This document shows positions 38,339 through 48,677 of a stretch of 64,000 nucleotides of DNA, one piece after another (position 1 is the stretch's first letter; each line of letters begins with the position of its first letter). The stretch covers positions 1,696,001 through 1,760,000 of the forward strand of contig CBDBLO010000002.1 of assembly GCA_965207075.1 (NCBI GenBank), given 5' to 3'. Under the pieces are notes generated by a model that did not search any database, was not told the DNA's origin, and was given only the letters and a program-made list of their open reading frames with translations. The DNA comes from Nitrosopumilus sp. Lineage in GTDB: Archaea; Thermoproteota; Nitrososphaeria; Nitrososphaerales; Nitrosopumilaceae. The position numbers were made by a program, and so were the translations under genes.

Positions 38339-39802
38339 ATGAACCCAATCGTGGTAATCGGGATGGTGTCACTGATAGCCCTGGGGCTGTACGGCATATA
38401 CTCGGGGCTGGCGCAGCAGGCCGAGCTCGGGGAGATCCAGCGGGACATGCTGGAGCGGGCGGGGGCGTCCGGCACGCCGCTGTCGTCGCCCCATGTGCGG
38501 GGCGAGATCCACGACGGCGCGCACGTCATACTCACCAACAATATAGCAAGGGACGTGGACGTGATACAGTTCCGGGGCTACGAGAACGGGACGCTGTCCG
38601 GGGCGTGGCACGTCAACCATACGGTGCGCGCGTACCAGACGCTGAACCTGACGGGCGGCGGCGGGACGGACCCGCCGCTCCCGGGCGGAATGGCGGCCCT
38701 GCTAAATAACGAGGATTACGAGTTCCGGGGCGTGACGGCGCGGGGCGCCATATTCACGGTTGACCGCGCCGCCCCGTCACATGATGCCCCCGCGGACACG
38801 TTTGGACACGTGGCAGTCATGGATCTGGACGGGGGCTCGGCAGGCCAGAGGGGCGCCGGCGCCGTAATCGCGTACCACCATTCTGACAGCAGCGCATACT
38901 GCAAGATCCTGTTCACCAAGCCCGGGGAGTCGTGGCACACCAGGTGGGAAAAGCACATCATATACGACAGGCCCTTTCTCGTGTCCGACGGCGGGCTCGG
39001 GGGGGCGACGCCGAGGCCCGCCGGGAGCCCCGCGTGGCACTACTGGGAGGAGGGCGACAGGCTCAGGCCCGGCCTCCACCACCTGTACGAGCCCTGCTCC
39101 AGCCTGGGGCACGACCCGGACGCGCTCGCCCGTCCCGCGGGCATCGCGCCGCTGCAGGGTCACCCGGGCGTGTTCCAAGTGATCCGGAGCGGCGCCGACT
39201 ACAACGTGGGTGTGACATTCCCGATAAGCGGCAGCATGACGGTCCCGTATACGGGCAAGATGGCGATCCGCGTCGAGACCCCGTATGCGGGACGGGCCGG
39301 CGCCACGTACGGCTTTGACTCGGAGTTCCGCTGTGTAGACAGCGGGGCGCATTCGACCAGACCGTGCGACTGCCTCTCCGAGTTCCACGATACGGTGGAC
39401 GACCGGCTGACTGCATGGGAGGAGCGGATGCCCAGGCCCTCGTTCTCGGCGTATGTGAGGGTGCAGAACGACGGCAGGACGGTCCAGTCCGTCCCGCTGG
39501 GGGCTGGCGCGCCCGCCGAGTCCTTTGCAAGGGACGTGGAGCTGGCCCGCACCGGCTTTGAGACGTACTATTACAACTGCCTCTACCACCTGACAGGGGA
39601 CATAGAGGCCGAGTGGTCGTACGGCGGCCAGCTGGACGGGTGGCTTGAGGTAGACGTGGAGGCGGGCGATGTCATAACTGTCGACGGCAAGATATCCGTG
39701 TCGTACAGCCCGGGCGGGTTTGCCGACGGCGCGCCGTCCGCGTCGCGCGTCGACGTGGACGTGGGCGACACCATACTTACCGTGGGAAGGCTCAGCGAGT
39801 AA
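38339..39802 (+). CDS. Large pilin-like/adhesin protein without basic leader
   Basis: MNPIVVIGMVSLIALGLYG N-helix; pilin-like ILTNN...GVTARGAIF head followed by a Cys-containing extra domain. Confidence 0.7.
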   Translation: MNPIVVIGMVSLIALGLYGIYSGLAQQAELGEIQRDMLERAGASGTPLSSPHVRGEIHDGAHVILTNNIARDVDVIQFRGYENGTLSGAWHVNHTVRAYQTLNLTGGGGTDPPLPGGMAALLNNEDYEFRGVTARGAIFTVDRAAPSHDAPADTFGHVAVMDLDGGSAGQRGAGAVIAYHHSDSSAYCKILFTKPGESWHTRWEKHIIYDRPFLVSDGGLGGATPRPAGSPAWHYWEEGDRLRPGLHHLYEPCSSLGHDPDALARPAGIAPLQGHPGVFQVIRSGADYNVGVTFPISGSMTVPYTGKMAIRVETPYAGRAGATYGFDSEFRCVDSGAHSTRPCDCLSEFHDTVDDRLTAWEERMPRPSFSAYVRVQNDGRTVQSVPLGAGAPAESFARDVELARTGFETYYYNCLYHLTGDIEAEWSYGGQLDGWLEVDVEAGDVITVDGKISVSYSPGGFADGAPSASRVDVDVGDTILTVGRLSE

Positions 39803-39989
39803 TCGCTGCAGGGCAGGCGGTGGCGGAGGCCGGGTCTCGCGTTCCGAGGTACTCGATCCAGTTGACCGACAGGTAGCCTTCGCGTCTTCGGATTTCAAAG
39901 GCGCAGGGCAGCAGTCTCCCGTTGATTACGGAGGACGGCCTGCGGTATCCGGATACGTGGTCTCTAGCCGGAATGTCCTTGCCTGTCAT
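39792..39989 (-). pseudogene. Truncated paralogue of the 49359-49799 putative toxin
   Basis: YRRPSSVING...AFEIRRREGYLSVN aligns with YCRPGNVLDG...AFLMRASEKYLSVN, then ends after 65 aa. Confidence 0.65.
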
Positions 39990-40429
39990 GCGCGGATCAG
40001 CTTGTCAACGAACGGCCGGATCGCGCTCATCATGTCATCGGGTGGCAGCATGCCGCCAAGGCTGCGCTGCCGGGGCTTGGACTCGGATGCGGCAAGGAGG
40101 ACTACAAACCTGACGTCGCCCACGGGCAGAAAATCCATTGTCAGCATGTCCCCGTCGGACGTATCCCAGACGGCCTCTATGAAGCCGTCGGGGGTAAGGC
40201 CTATGAGCGGGTACGGCAGGTGACGCCGCGTTACGACAAAGACGGCAAACCTTTGCAGCGACTCCAGGCTGATGGGCGGCTCGTCAGGATCGTCGGCGGC
40301 CAGACCGTCGAGGTACGTGATGCGCCTTGTTATCCGCGGATCCACGTTGTCCTGCTCCATCACGGCGACAACGTCGCCGCAGCTCTTGGTCAGCGCGATC
40401 TGCCCGTCCCGTGAAACCACGCGCTCCAT
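39986..40429 (-). CDS. Hypothetical protein, putative antitoxin; paralogue of 49803-50213
   Basis: RITYL...P.I.LTPDG.I...MDFLPVGDVRF shared with the paralogue; ATGA-coupled to the downstream ORF. Confidence 0.7.
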   Translation of the reverse strand: MERVVSRDGQIALTKSCGDVVAVMEQDNVDPRITRRITYLDGLAADDPDEPPISLESLQRFAVFVVTRRHLPYPLIGLTPDGFIEAVWDTSDGDMLTMDFLPVGDVRFVVLLAASESKPRQRSLGGMLPPDDMMSAIRPFVDKLIRA

Positions 40430-40826
40430 GATGTACTGCGTGTCCGCGCCGTATTATGTTCATCGGCCGGGCGCTGCATCGAGAATGCGTTGTTTGGCGC
40501 ACCCGTGATCACGTGGCTCCCACGCGTGGTGCCCCCAGACCAGGCAGGCGTTCCGCCGTACTGACCACCACCTTATGAGCACGACCGGCCATGAGGTGCA
40601 ACCGCGGCGCCTTGTACACGCGTTGGCACCAGATTGGCATGGTCTGCAAGAGACGACACCGGTAGAAGCAGGCTTGGAAGCACGGCAATACATCCCTTGC
40701 AGCCTGCAGTACAGTCGAGCGACTTGCGCCCCGCCGAAGGCCGCACCTGTCGAGAAGGGTGATCAGTGAATATAGCACGTTAGCGTGCCCGGAAGATATT
40801 TTTAAAAAAGGGGGGGAAGATGGCTG

Positions 40827-40928
40827 CTAGTCTTCCTGGTAGCCATCGTATTCTTCGTGTTCTGGGTTGCATTGTTTGGAATGGTTGTCAAGGTCGGCCT
40901 TGTCACCGGTTCCCGTGTATCCGCCCAT
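40827..40928 (-). CDS. 33-aa acidic microprotein MGGYTGTGDKADLDNHSKQCNPEHEEYDGYQED
   Basis: ATG to TAG followed by a CCCCCCCTTTTTT terminator-like run; DLDNHxxQxNP motif. Confidence 0.55.
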   Translation of the reverse strand: MGGYTGTGDKADLDNHSKQCNPEHEEYDGYQED

Positions 40929-41027
40929 GACATATGTTGGAACGCCAGGGTATTGTGTATTCGAATGGTGGTTTGATCCGGGTGGAAACCGCATGTTTAA
41001 ACGGATCAGTCCAGATCTCGCATACAT

Positions 41028-42086
41028 ATGGATGAGCGGGAAAGGGAGGACAGGATCAAAAGGCAGATTGAATCGCAGCCTGGAATTTCCCACACAGACC
41101 TCCTAGAGCGTGTCAAAAACGACATGGCAAAATCCACAGCTGCGGGGATCATAAAACGGCTGCTGGATGACGAGGAGATCACATTCCGGAAAGACGGCGG
41201 GAAGAAAAGGTATTACCCGGCAGAACCTGACCAAAAAAGTCTGGAGAAGGACTTTTCTGGAAACATGAAAAGGCTCAGAAGGAGGCTTGAGACGTTGGAG
41301 GACGACTTTACATCATATCCCTACGAAGTCCAGATCTGGGTGAACAGGGACATACTTGACAAACTGGACAGTCTTGGGCCGAAATTCAAACAGCGTTTGG
41401 AGGAGCACAAACGCTATTACGGCGTGGACAGCCGTGTCGATGACTATGGGAGACTATGTGCAGAAATCTCAAAGCTGATGTCAAGCATGCGTGGTGACTT
41501 GAAGCATATGGTAATGGGATACATAAGCGACACCGGTTCTGTCGGCCTCCTACGCCGGATCGCCTCAAAAGCGTCCGAGCTCAGGAGGCGGCGGGAACCT
41601 TTGGGGAGCGGTCCGAAGAGGGCCGGCATGTCGGAAAAAATTAAACGTCTTGACCAGATGATAGACACGTTATTCATGCACGCAGACGAGATACGGGTCA
41701 AGTCACGGAAACTGCAAAAGGTAAGAAAACAAGAAAGGCTGCCGGCCGAATACGGTGATCACGAACTGGCTCAGTCCATACGCTATGTTGAGGAGCGCAG
41801 GTGTGATTTTCAAACAGAAGTGCAGAACCTGCAAAGGCGCGTAGCGGAGCTAAATGGTGGAAAAACCGGCGGGGATCAGGCGGCGCGTCTGAAGGAGGAT
41901 CCGGGTCTTACAGACGTGATAAGGCAGCTTGAATCCATCAAGACGAATCTTGATGATACGGGCAAAATGCTTGAGAGGCAGTACCGCAACACGTTTGCAG
42001 ATAAAATAGAGCAAGAGATGTACACTGAGATCAAGAAAGCAGAAGAGTACGTCAAGGACATGAAGATTACTCTGAAAGGAGTGTAG
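41028..42086 (+). CDS. wHTH plus long coiled-coil protein
   Basis: IESQPGISHTDL...MAKSTAAGIIKRL..DEEI...GKKRYY N-terminus; heptad-rich remainder; TTTAAA upstream. Confidence 0.8.
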   Translation: MDEREREDRIKRQIESQPGISHTDLLERVKNDMAKSTAAGIIKRLLDDEEITFRKDGGKKRYYPAEPDQKSLEKDFSGNMKRLRRRLETLEDDFTSYPYEVQIWVNRDILDKLDSLGPKFKQRLEEHKRYYGVDSRVDDYGRLCAEISKLMSSMRGDLKHMVMGYISDTGSVGLLRRIASKASELRRRREPLGSGPKRAGMSEKIKRLDQMIDTLFMHADEIRVKSRKLQKVRKQERLPAEYGDHELAQSIRYVEERRCDFQTEVQNLQRRVAELNGGKTGGDQAARLKEDPGLTDVIRQLESIKTNLDDTGKMLERQYRNTFADKIEQEMYTEIKKAEEYVKDMKITLKGV

Positions 42087-42342
42087 CCGTCCGCCATCGC
42101 ACTTCATTCCATGCCCGGGGGATGCATGAGATGAGGACGTTTGTATCTAGTATTTCAGGTCCCAAAAGCGTCGATCGTGTCTAGCAAGAGGCTCATTCGG
42201 GACATGTGCGCGAGTCACTGTATCTTGTACTGACTTGCGGCCCCTTGCAGTGAGCACGCAGACCGCCTTCTGCGGGATCCTGCGGACGTGTGCACGGGAG
42301 CTGGCCGTCACTGCCTTTTATCAAATCCGCAATTGACATGTC

Positions 42343-45300
42343 GTGAGATCGCGGCAGGCAGCGTACTTTTTGATGGCGATATGCGCCGCCGCGGTCTCCT
42401 TTCTTGCCGTTATGGACGTAACAGTGGAGGGCGGGCACGCCGCGCCGCTTGGCGCGACCCCTGCGGAGGCTGCGCTCTACCTGCACATACCAGACAAGAT
42501 GATCGCGGGCCAGACGTACCACGGGGTAGCCGTAACTGACAGGCCCGCGCCCTTTGGTGCCATATCTGACCGCACCGTATATCTGGCGACGGGCTCCGTG
42601 GCTGTCAGTATACCGGCCACCGCGGTCATACCGCCGGGCATGAACCACGGTGTCTTTGAGATTACAGCGGTCCGGAGCGGGCCCGCGGAGGTGCACGCCG
42701 CCCACGCGGGCGACATCGGGCTGGCAGGCGGCACCGTGTTCTCCCCGTCGACGGGCCCGAGCAGCCTGGATCTGGTGATGCCGGGCAACGTGACGTCGGC
42801 ATCAGATATCACGGCAGTCGTGGTGGTGCTTGACGGCAACGGGTATCCGGTGCAGGCAGTACGGGATACGGACGTGCGTATGGTGGCGTCGGGCATGATA
42901 GGCGCGCCCCGGACCGTCCCCATAGCGGAGGGACAGACACATGCCGTGCTTGCGCTGCAGGTCAACGGGTCCGGCTCCGTGACGGCGGCGTCGGCGGGGC
43001 TGGATCCCGACACGGAACGCATCACATACGACCGGGACGCGGTCACAGTCCACATGGCGGCCGTCCCGGACGTGGTTCTGCAGGGGGGAGTCATACATTA
43101 TACAATATGGATGGAAAAGGGTGGAAGCGATGACGGGGGAGGCAGCCCCTTCCACCCGCCGCGCGCGATACGCGGCGAGCTGCAGACCACGGACGTGGAC
43201 GTGGTCCGGCTTACGGAAAGCGTCCCCGCAAACAAGGACGCGAGCTCCGGCACGGTCGTGGTGCGCGACGGCGTGGCGCGGGGTACCGCCTACGCGGGCC
43301 TGGAGCCCGGACACGTCGCCCTGACGGCGGCGATACCGGGGTACGGAGTGGCGTCTGCGTCCGTCTGCGTCGGCGCGGTTGTGTTTGGTGACGCCAATGA
43401 CGACTATGGCGGCGGCGATAGCACCCTGCAGACCCCAGAAAACGTCACGACGCGCGATGCCGGTATCGCGGGAACTGGCAGTGCGGCGGCGGCAGGGCCG
43501 GCCGGGTGCGGCGGCGGCAGGGCCGAGACGTTCCGGGAGTACGCGCAGCGCATTGTCGACAAGCACGCCCGCGCCGCCGTATCCGGCGGGCACCCAGGCA
43601 TCCCGCAGCTTCCGCGGGAGCTGCCGGAAAAGCCCCCGGCAAACCACATCAGATTCTGGGTCTACCCCGACGTGACCGGCCACGCCGCGCGCGGAACCGT
43701 GGGCTTTTACCACCTGGAGACGGAGACCGCGCACACGGTCACATACGACGAGAACGGCACGAGGATAGACACGGAATCCGAGTACACGCGGCTGATCCCC
43801 GCAAGGACCGACTACCACCACGTGACGGTGGCGGCGCCCCACAAGGACATACTAGTCCAGCCCGTCCACGTAGCCCACCCGACCAGGTATACGAACGCGT
43901 ACGACTTTCCGATTGTGGCGGGCCGCGAGGGGACATACGACGTAAGCGTGACCTCGGGCGGGCATACGGCCACAGGAACGCTCCGCGTGGCCGCCCCGTA
44001 CGAGGCCGGCTACCGCCTGCAGCTCGTCCCGGTTCCCGCCGTGCCCGGCGCCGCGCAGCCGCTGTACATGGCAAGCGTTACGGACGACAAGGGCCGGATA
44101 ATAGACGTGCGCGACGAGTTCGGGCGGGACAGGATGGTATCCGTGGCGTTCGGGGACGGCCGTGTCGAGAGCGCGGGGGTCGGCGCATCCATGTCATCGC
44201 CAAACACGGCCGTCATATACGGTACGGTCACGGGGGAGACCGGCGTGGTAGCGACGCTTGAGGGCAGCCCCGGGGCGGCGGGCCCCGCATACGGCACCGT
44301 CACGCCGGGCGGCGTCCCGGTCTCAGTAGAGATGGCCGTGCCGTCCGTAGTGCATTCCGGCGAGGGCTTCCCGGTTGCGGTCCACACGGTCGACCCGTTC
44401 GGGATACCGGTGGAGAGGGTGGATACGGCGGCGGCATCCGCCGCGGCCGCGGCCACGGGCTTCCTATACCACAACGGGACCGTCGGGGCGGTATCCGGCG
44501 CCGGCTCCCACCTGGTCGGGATCCTGCACTCCCTGGGCGGCGGCGTCCAGGAGGAGATCGTGTCGTTTCTAAATTTAATGAACCTCACGGCCGACGCCCC
44601 GCCGCGGGTCGCCGCGGGCAAGCCGTTTGAGATCCGCGTGGAGTCGTCGCCCACGGCGTCCGGTGCTCCGCTGCCCGCAGGCGAAAGCGGCGGCGGCAGT
44701 GACGCGACAGGCGCCGCCCGCGCCCTCCCGCGCGTGTCGTACGAGGTGGAGTCGCCCTGGCCCGTGGAGCAGACCGCGCCCGGGGTGTTCCGGGTCACCC
44801 CCGCCACGCAGGGCGACGCCACCATTGTGGTGCGGGGCCACATAGACGGGTTCGAGCCCGGCGCCGTGTCGGTGCCCGTGCACTCGGAGATGGCGGTCCG
44901 CCTCAGGGTCGATGCCGTGTCAGACGGCGGCGGCAGCGGGCTCGAGATACAATTCTCGCTGCGCAACGGCACAACGCTCGTCACGCCGTTTGAGGCCGTA
45001 CTGCGGCACCCGGAGCACCTGCAGTTTGGGTTTCCCGAGACCCTCGACTCGGGGTACGGGCTGCTCGACGTGGCATACGGGGGAGGCGGCGGATACCTGA
45101 CTGACGAGGACGGCGACGGCGTATACGACGGGATACGCGTGGTGCCCGGCGGCGACGCCATAACGGTCACCGCCACATACGAGAGGAGCGTGCAGGTGTT
45201 CGTCAACGGCGGTACGGGCGGCGGCATATACCCGTACGGGGCCGACGTCCAGGTGCGGGCGGAGCCGGGCCACGTTATACCGTACCTCGTGCCGGAGCGC

Positions 45301-45582
45301 CTGGCGTACTGGGAGGGGGCGCCCGGAAAGCCGCCCGCGTTTGTCATGCAGGCCCACCGGGATGTCGAGGTGACCGCCGTGTACGAGCCGGACTATGCGC
45401 GCGCCATGTACATTACGCTGGCGGGTGCGGCGGCGGCTGCAGGATACGTCGCGTACAGGAGGGCGGGTCCGCGCATATCGTACGCGGTCGGCGGCGCGCT
45501 CGACGGGATTGCAAGGGCGGGGCGGGAGGCGGCGGCGCGGAGCAGAAAGGGCGAGGCAGGACGCCGAAATGATTACGGGTAG
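42343..45582 (+). CDS. Large secreted Ig-like multidomain protein with C-terminal TM anchor
   Basis: Signal peptide, beta-rich body, TM followed by YRR; overlaps the TadC-like gene. Confidence 0.8.
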   Translation: MRSRQAAYFLMAICAAAVSFLAVMDVTVEGGHAAPLGATPAEAALYLHIPDKMIAGQTYHGVAVTDRPAPFGAISDRTVYLATGSVAVSIPATAVIPPGMNHGVFEITAVRSGPAEVHAAHAGDIGLAGGTVFSPSTGPSSLDLVMPGNVTSASDITAVVVVLDGNGYPVQAVRDTDVRMVASGMIGAPRTVPIAEGQTHAVLALQVNGSGSVTAASAGLDPDTERITYDRDAVTVHMAAVPDVVLQGGVIHYTIWMEKGGSDDGGGSPFHPPRAIRGELQTTDVDVVRLTESVPANKDASSGTVVVRDGVARGTAYAGLEPGHVALTAAIPGYGVASASVCVGAVVFGDANDDYGGGDSTLQTPENVTTRDAGIAGTGSAAAAGPAGCGGGRAETFREYAQRIVDKHARAAVSGGHPGIPQLPRELPEKPPANHIRFWVYPDVTGHAARGTVGFYHLETETAHTVTYDENGTRIDTESEYTRLIPARTDYHHVTVAAPHKDILVQPVHVAHPTRYTNAYDFPIVAGREGTYDVSVTSGGHTATGTLRVAAPYEAGYRLQLVPVPAVPGAAQPLYMASVTDDKGRIIDVRDEFGRDRMVSVAFGDGRVESAGVGASMSSPNTAVIYGTVTGETGVVATLEGSPGAAGPAYGTVTPGGVPVSVEMAVPSVVHSGEGFPVAVHTVDPFGIPVERVDTAAASAAAAATGFLYHNGTVGAVSGAGSHLVGILHSLGGGVQEEIVSFLNLMNLTADAPPRVAAGKPFEIRVESSPTASGAPLPAGESGGGSDATGAARALPRVSYEVESPWPVEQTAPGVFRVTPATQGDATIVVRGHIDGFEPGAVSVPVHSEMAVRLRVDAVSDGGGSGLEIQFSLRNGTTLVTPFEAVLRHPEHLQFGFPETLDSGYGLLDVAYGGGGGYLTDEDGDGVYDGIRVVPGGDAITVTATYERSVQVFVNGGTGGGIYPYGADVQVRAEPGHVIPYLVPERLAYWEGAPGKPPAFVMQAHRDVEVTAVYEPDYARAMYITLAGAAAAAGYVAYRRAGPRISYAVGGALDGIARAGREAAARSRKGEAGRRNDYG

Positions 45583-47287
45583 AGCGGGCCACGCCATGCT
45601 GAGGTTTGGCGTCGTCAGGAGGATGCACCGGTATCTGGCGGGGCGCTACTCGCGTGACGTCCCGGCGGCCGGCATCGCGGCCTCCCCGCGCCAAAAGGCC
45701 ACTGAATCCGTAGGCGCCGCGCTTCTCGGCGTAATTCCCGCAGCCTGCGTCTCGGCCGTGCTGTACGCGGCCACCGGGATGCCGTACGCATTTCTGTTTC
45801 TGGCGGCCCCGCCGGCCCTGCTCTTTATGGGAAGCCTGGGGCTCCGGGATGCCGCGCGAAAGAGGGCGGCTGGCGCGGACGCGGAGCTCTTCTTTTTTGC
45901 CATATACTGCGACATCATGGAAAAGACCGGCCGCGGGCTGCACGGGGCCTTTGAGGCGCTCGGAGGTGGCAGCGGCAACGGCCCGATGTTTCCCGCCATG
46001 TACCGCGAGTCCCTGATAATACGGCGCGAGATGCGGGTGTTCTCAAGATCGTTTGCCGACGTGCTGCACGACCTCGGTACGGCGCACCCGTCGGCCGCGT
46101 TCCAGGACTTTCTGCGCGGCTATGCCGTGTCGCAGACCACGGGCGGCGTCGGCACCTCGGCGTACCTGCACGAGAGGCTCCGGGAGTACCACACGGCCGC
46201 CAAGCAGAGGATGGACGCGTACGCGTCGACTGCCGAGATGCTTGCCACCATCGGGTCGTTCGGGCTCGCGATGTTCCCGATATTCGTCGTGGTCGGCGGG
46301 ATAATGATGGACCAGTACACGCTTTTGTTTTTGTGCGGCTTCGGCATCCTGGCGGTGCCCGCCATCACCACGGTTATGGTGGCGAGGGCGGCTTCGGCAT
46401 CCCCCGTGCCGGCCGGCAGAATACCCGTCCGCAGGATACCCGTGGCGGCGGCGGGAGCAGCCGGCGTCGCCTGCTTTGTACTTGGCATGTCGTCGTCGTG
46501 GTGGTGGGAGATTGCGGCAGCCCCGCTTGCCGTGTGGTGTGTGACAAACCACTGCATGTCCCGCGGGCGCCTTGCCGGCATGTCAAACCTGGAGAGGTCG
46601 GTGCCCTCGTTCGTGCGCGACATAAACCAGAAGATGCGCTCAAACCCGAGCTTTTTTGCGGCGTTTACGTCCGCGGAAGCCATGGCCCCGTACACCACGC
46701 AGTTCAACGATATACTGCGAAACGTCAGGTCCCGCATCCTCCTGGGCGTCGAGATATCAAGGGCGCTGCAGGAGGTGCGGACGGGCTCATGGCTTGCCGA
46801 CTGCGTCATGGCACTGATGGCGCAGGCGGCGCGCAGCGGCTCCGTGACGCCCGCCGTCCTGGACAGGCTGGCGCTGTTCGCGTCGCACCACATCGAGACA
46901 AAAAAGGAGATGTCCGCCAAGACCGCGACGCCGCTGATGACGGGATACATGGGGTCCGTCATCGTGGTGATGATGATCATAATGATCCCGGTGATGAGCT
47001 TTGACCAGTTCGCCGCGCTCGACGTCCTGGCGGGCGCCGCAGCGCCGGGCGCCGTCGGGGTACCGGACGCCCCGTACCCGAGATACGACGCGGGCGGGCT
47101 GCTTGCGGAGCTGAACCTGGTGCTCGTCGTAGTGGGGGCGTTCTGCTCCATGGTCCTGGTCTCTCAGATCAGGTACGCGACCATACTGCACAGCCTGCAC
47201 ACCGGGGTGCTGCTGGCGGTCATAGCGGGCATGCTGTACTATGACAGGCTTGCGGGCTCCGCCGGGGTGCCGGCGCTCCCGTTCTGA
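45569..47287 (+). CDS. TadC/T2SSF-like pilus platform membrane protein (two domains)
   Basis: Two cytoplasmic domains (AELFFF...HPSAAFQDFLRGY; ERSVPSFVRDI...ILLG) each followed by TM helices. Confidence 0.82.
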   Translation: MITGRAGHAMLRFGVVRRMHRYLAGRYSRDVPAAGIAASPRQKATESVGAALLGVIPAACVSAVLYAATGMPYAFLFLAAPPALLFMGSLGLRDAARKRAAGADAELFFFAIYCDIMEKTGRGLHGAFEALGGGSGNGPMFPAMYRESLIIRREMRVFSRSFADVLHDLGTAHPSAAFQDFLRGYAVSQTTGGVGTSAYLHERLREYHTAAKQRMDAYASTAEMLATIGSFGLAMFPIFVVVGGIMMDQYTLLFLCGFGILAVPAITTVMVARAASASPVPAGRIPVRRIPVAAAGAAGVACFVLGMSSSWWWEIAAAPLAVWCVTNHCMSRGRLAGMSNLERSVPSFVRDINQKMRSNPSFFAAFTSAEAMAPYTTQFNDILRNVRSRILLGVEISRALQEVRTGSWLADCVMALMAQAARSGSVTPAVLDRLALFASHHIETKKEMSAKTATPLMTGYMGSVIVVMMIIMIPVMSFDQFAALDVLAGAAAPGAVGVPDAPYPRYDAGGLLAELNLVLVVVGAFCSMVLVSQIRYATILHSLHTGVLLAVIAGMLYYDRLAGSAGVPALPF

Positions 47288-47406
47288 GATTATTTTTCCG
47301 GCGGCCTGGGGACGCTCCACCGTCACGCGCCTTGCGCAAAAGGCAGTCCGGCCAGACGCCATGACGGGCCTGACAAGCGGCATTTCTGTACGGGGTACTT
47401 TCTACG

Positions 47407-48582
47407 ATCCGTGACCTGCCTGCCGTTCTTGGCTAGGGCACGGATTGGAGTCAGTGCCCCCGTCACTTACTTTTGAGGTCGTATACTGTGTGGACGACCC
47501 GCGCTGCATTCTCTATGTGGGCCGCCGTGTCAACGCAAGCCCTGTAATTCTTCGTCCCGTCCTTCCATGTTTTGTGATATTTGACGAAGTCATCAGTTTG
47601 TTGCTCTTGATCCTTTTTGACGTTCCATGACAGCTCCACCTTGTCTGATTTCACCGTGATCACGCAGACGACGCGTCCGTTCGGCAGATAAAAGCCTCCC
47701 CCATACCAGGGCATGTCGAATCTTGTGCCAGCAAGCTCGCTTTGGACGCGCTCCTTTAGCTTGCGCCAGACCGTTCTGGTTGCATCGGATGCACCTTTCT
47801 CGCCAAGATAGTCTTTTTCTGCGTCATCAACATCCCTGACGGACTCGGGGCGGCCGTTTCCGGCCTTTGTGGATGCGGATGCTGGTACTCTCTCATGTGC
47901 TCCGCCTGCTCGCCTCGTTACTATGATGTCGTCGTCATATCGTTTGATCCTGTGCAATTCCAAATACCTGTCGTGCTTGGCGCTGACTATCTGCCTTTCG
48001 GAAAACTTCGGCGCCACTATGATCGCATATGCCTCATCCCACTCGAACTCCTTCGTGTTACGATAGTCTTCCGTCTTCTCGATGTACTTCAGTATGAAGG
48101 CGTCTTTCCGATACTTTATGCAGTTCAGGTATGTTCTGGTCTGGTTAAGCACCCCCTTGCCTAGAGTATTTTTGTACTCTATGACAACAAACGTATTCTC
48201 TTCCTCGTCAAACGCAACGGTGTCCAGCCAATGCTCAACGTCGTTGATTCTGACCCTGAATTCGGTTGCCAAGAACTTGAGGCCGAACATTTTTTCGAGA
48301 TTATGCTGTACCAACTCTTGTATCGATTTCTCCTCGTCAAACCCTGTGTCAGACGACTCTTGTATCGATTTCTCATCATCAAACCCTGTGTCAGACAACT
48401 CGGTGAGTTCGGTGTCGGAGACAGCCTTGAAGACGCGAACATCCGCGGTCATGCTCCCACTTTCGTCCACCAACAGCATCGCGCATTACATGACATCTTA
48501 AAAAAGCTGCCGTTCAGACACGGCTTTCAATCCGTGACCTGCCTGCCGTTCCTGACTATGTCACCAGTTGGAAGCAGTGCCT
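47407..48582. repeat. About 52-bp imperfect direct repeats (47407-47458, 48530-48581) flanking a nuclease cassette
   Basis: ATCCGTGACCTGCCTGCCGTTC is identical for 22 bp, then 21/30 matches without gaps. Confidence 0.85.
47463..48479 (-). CDS. NucS/DUF91-like PD-(D/E)xK endonuclease with DUF5655-like C-terminus
   Basis: EKSIQELV..NL...FLATEF...LDTVAFD...VVIEYK...IIVAPKF; contains a 42-bp tandem duplication at 48314-48396. Confidence 0.78.
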   Translation of the reverse strand: MLLVDESGSMTADVRVFKAVSDTELTELSDTGFDDEKSIQESSDTGFDEEKSIQELVQHNLEKMFGLKFLATEFRVRINDVEHWLDTVAFDEEENTFVVIEYKNTLGKGVLNQTRTYLNCIKYRKDAFILKYIEKTEDYRNTKEFEWDEAYAIIVAPKFSERQIVSAKHDRYLELHRIKRYDDDIIVTRRAGGAHERVPASASTKAGNGRPESVRDVDDAEKDYLGEKGASDATRTVWRKLKERVQSELAGTRFDMPWYGGGFYLPNGRVVCVITVKSDKVELSWNVKKDQEQQTDDFVKYHKTWKDGTKNYRACVDTAAHIENAARVVHTVYDLKSK

Positions 48583-48677
48583 CCGGGCGAATCATCCTTT
48601 GGGCTGAGCGGCATTTTTCCTTCCACGCGCCCGGCGCCCCTTGTGGTTTGGGCGTTTGCGCCTTTTATCCAAACCAA

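Noticed and set aside
40460-40780. Short overlapping ORFs
   Set aside because: No motif or convincing composition in any frame.
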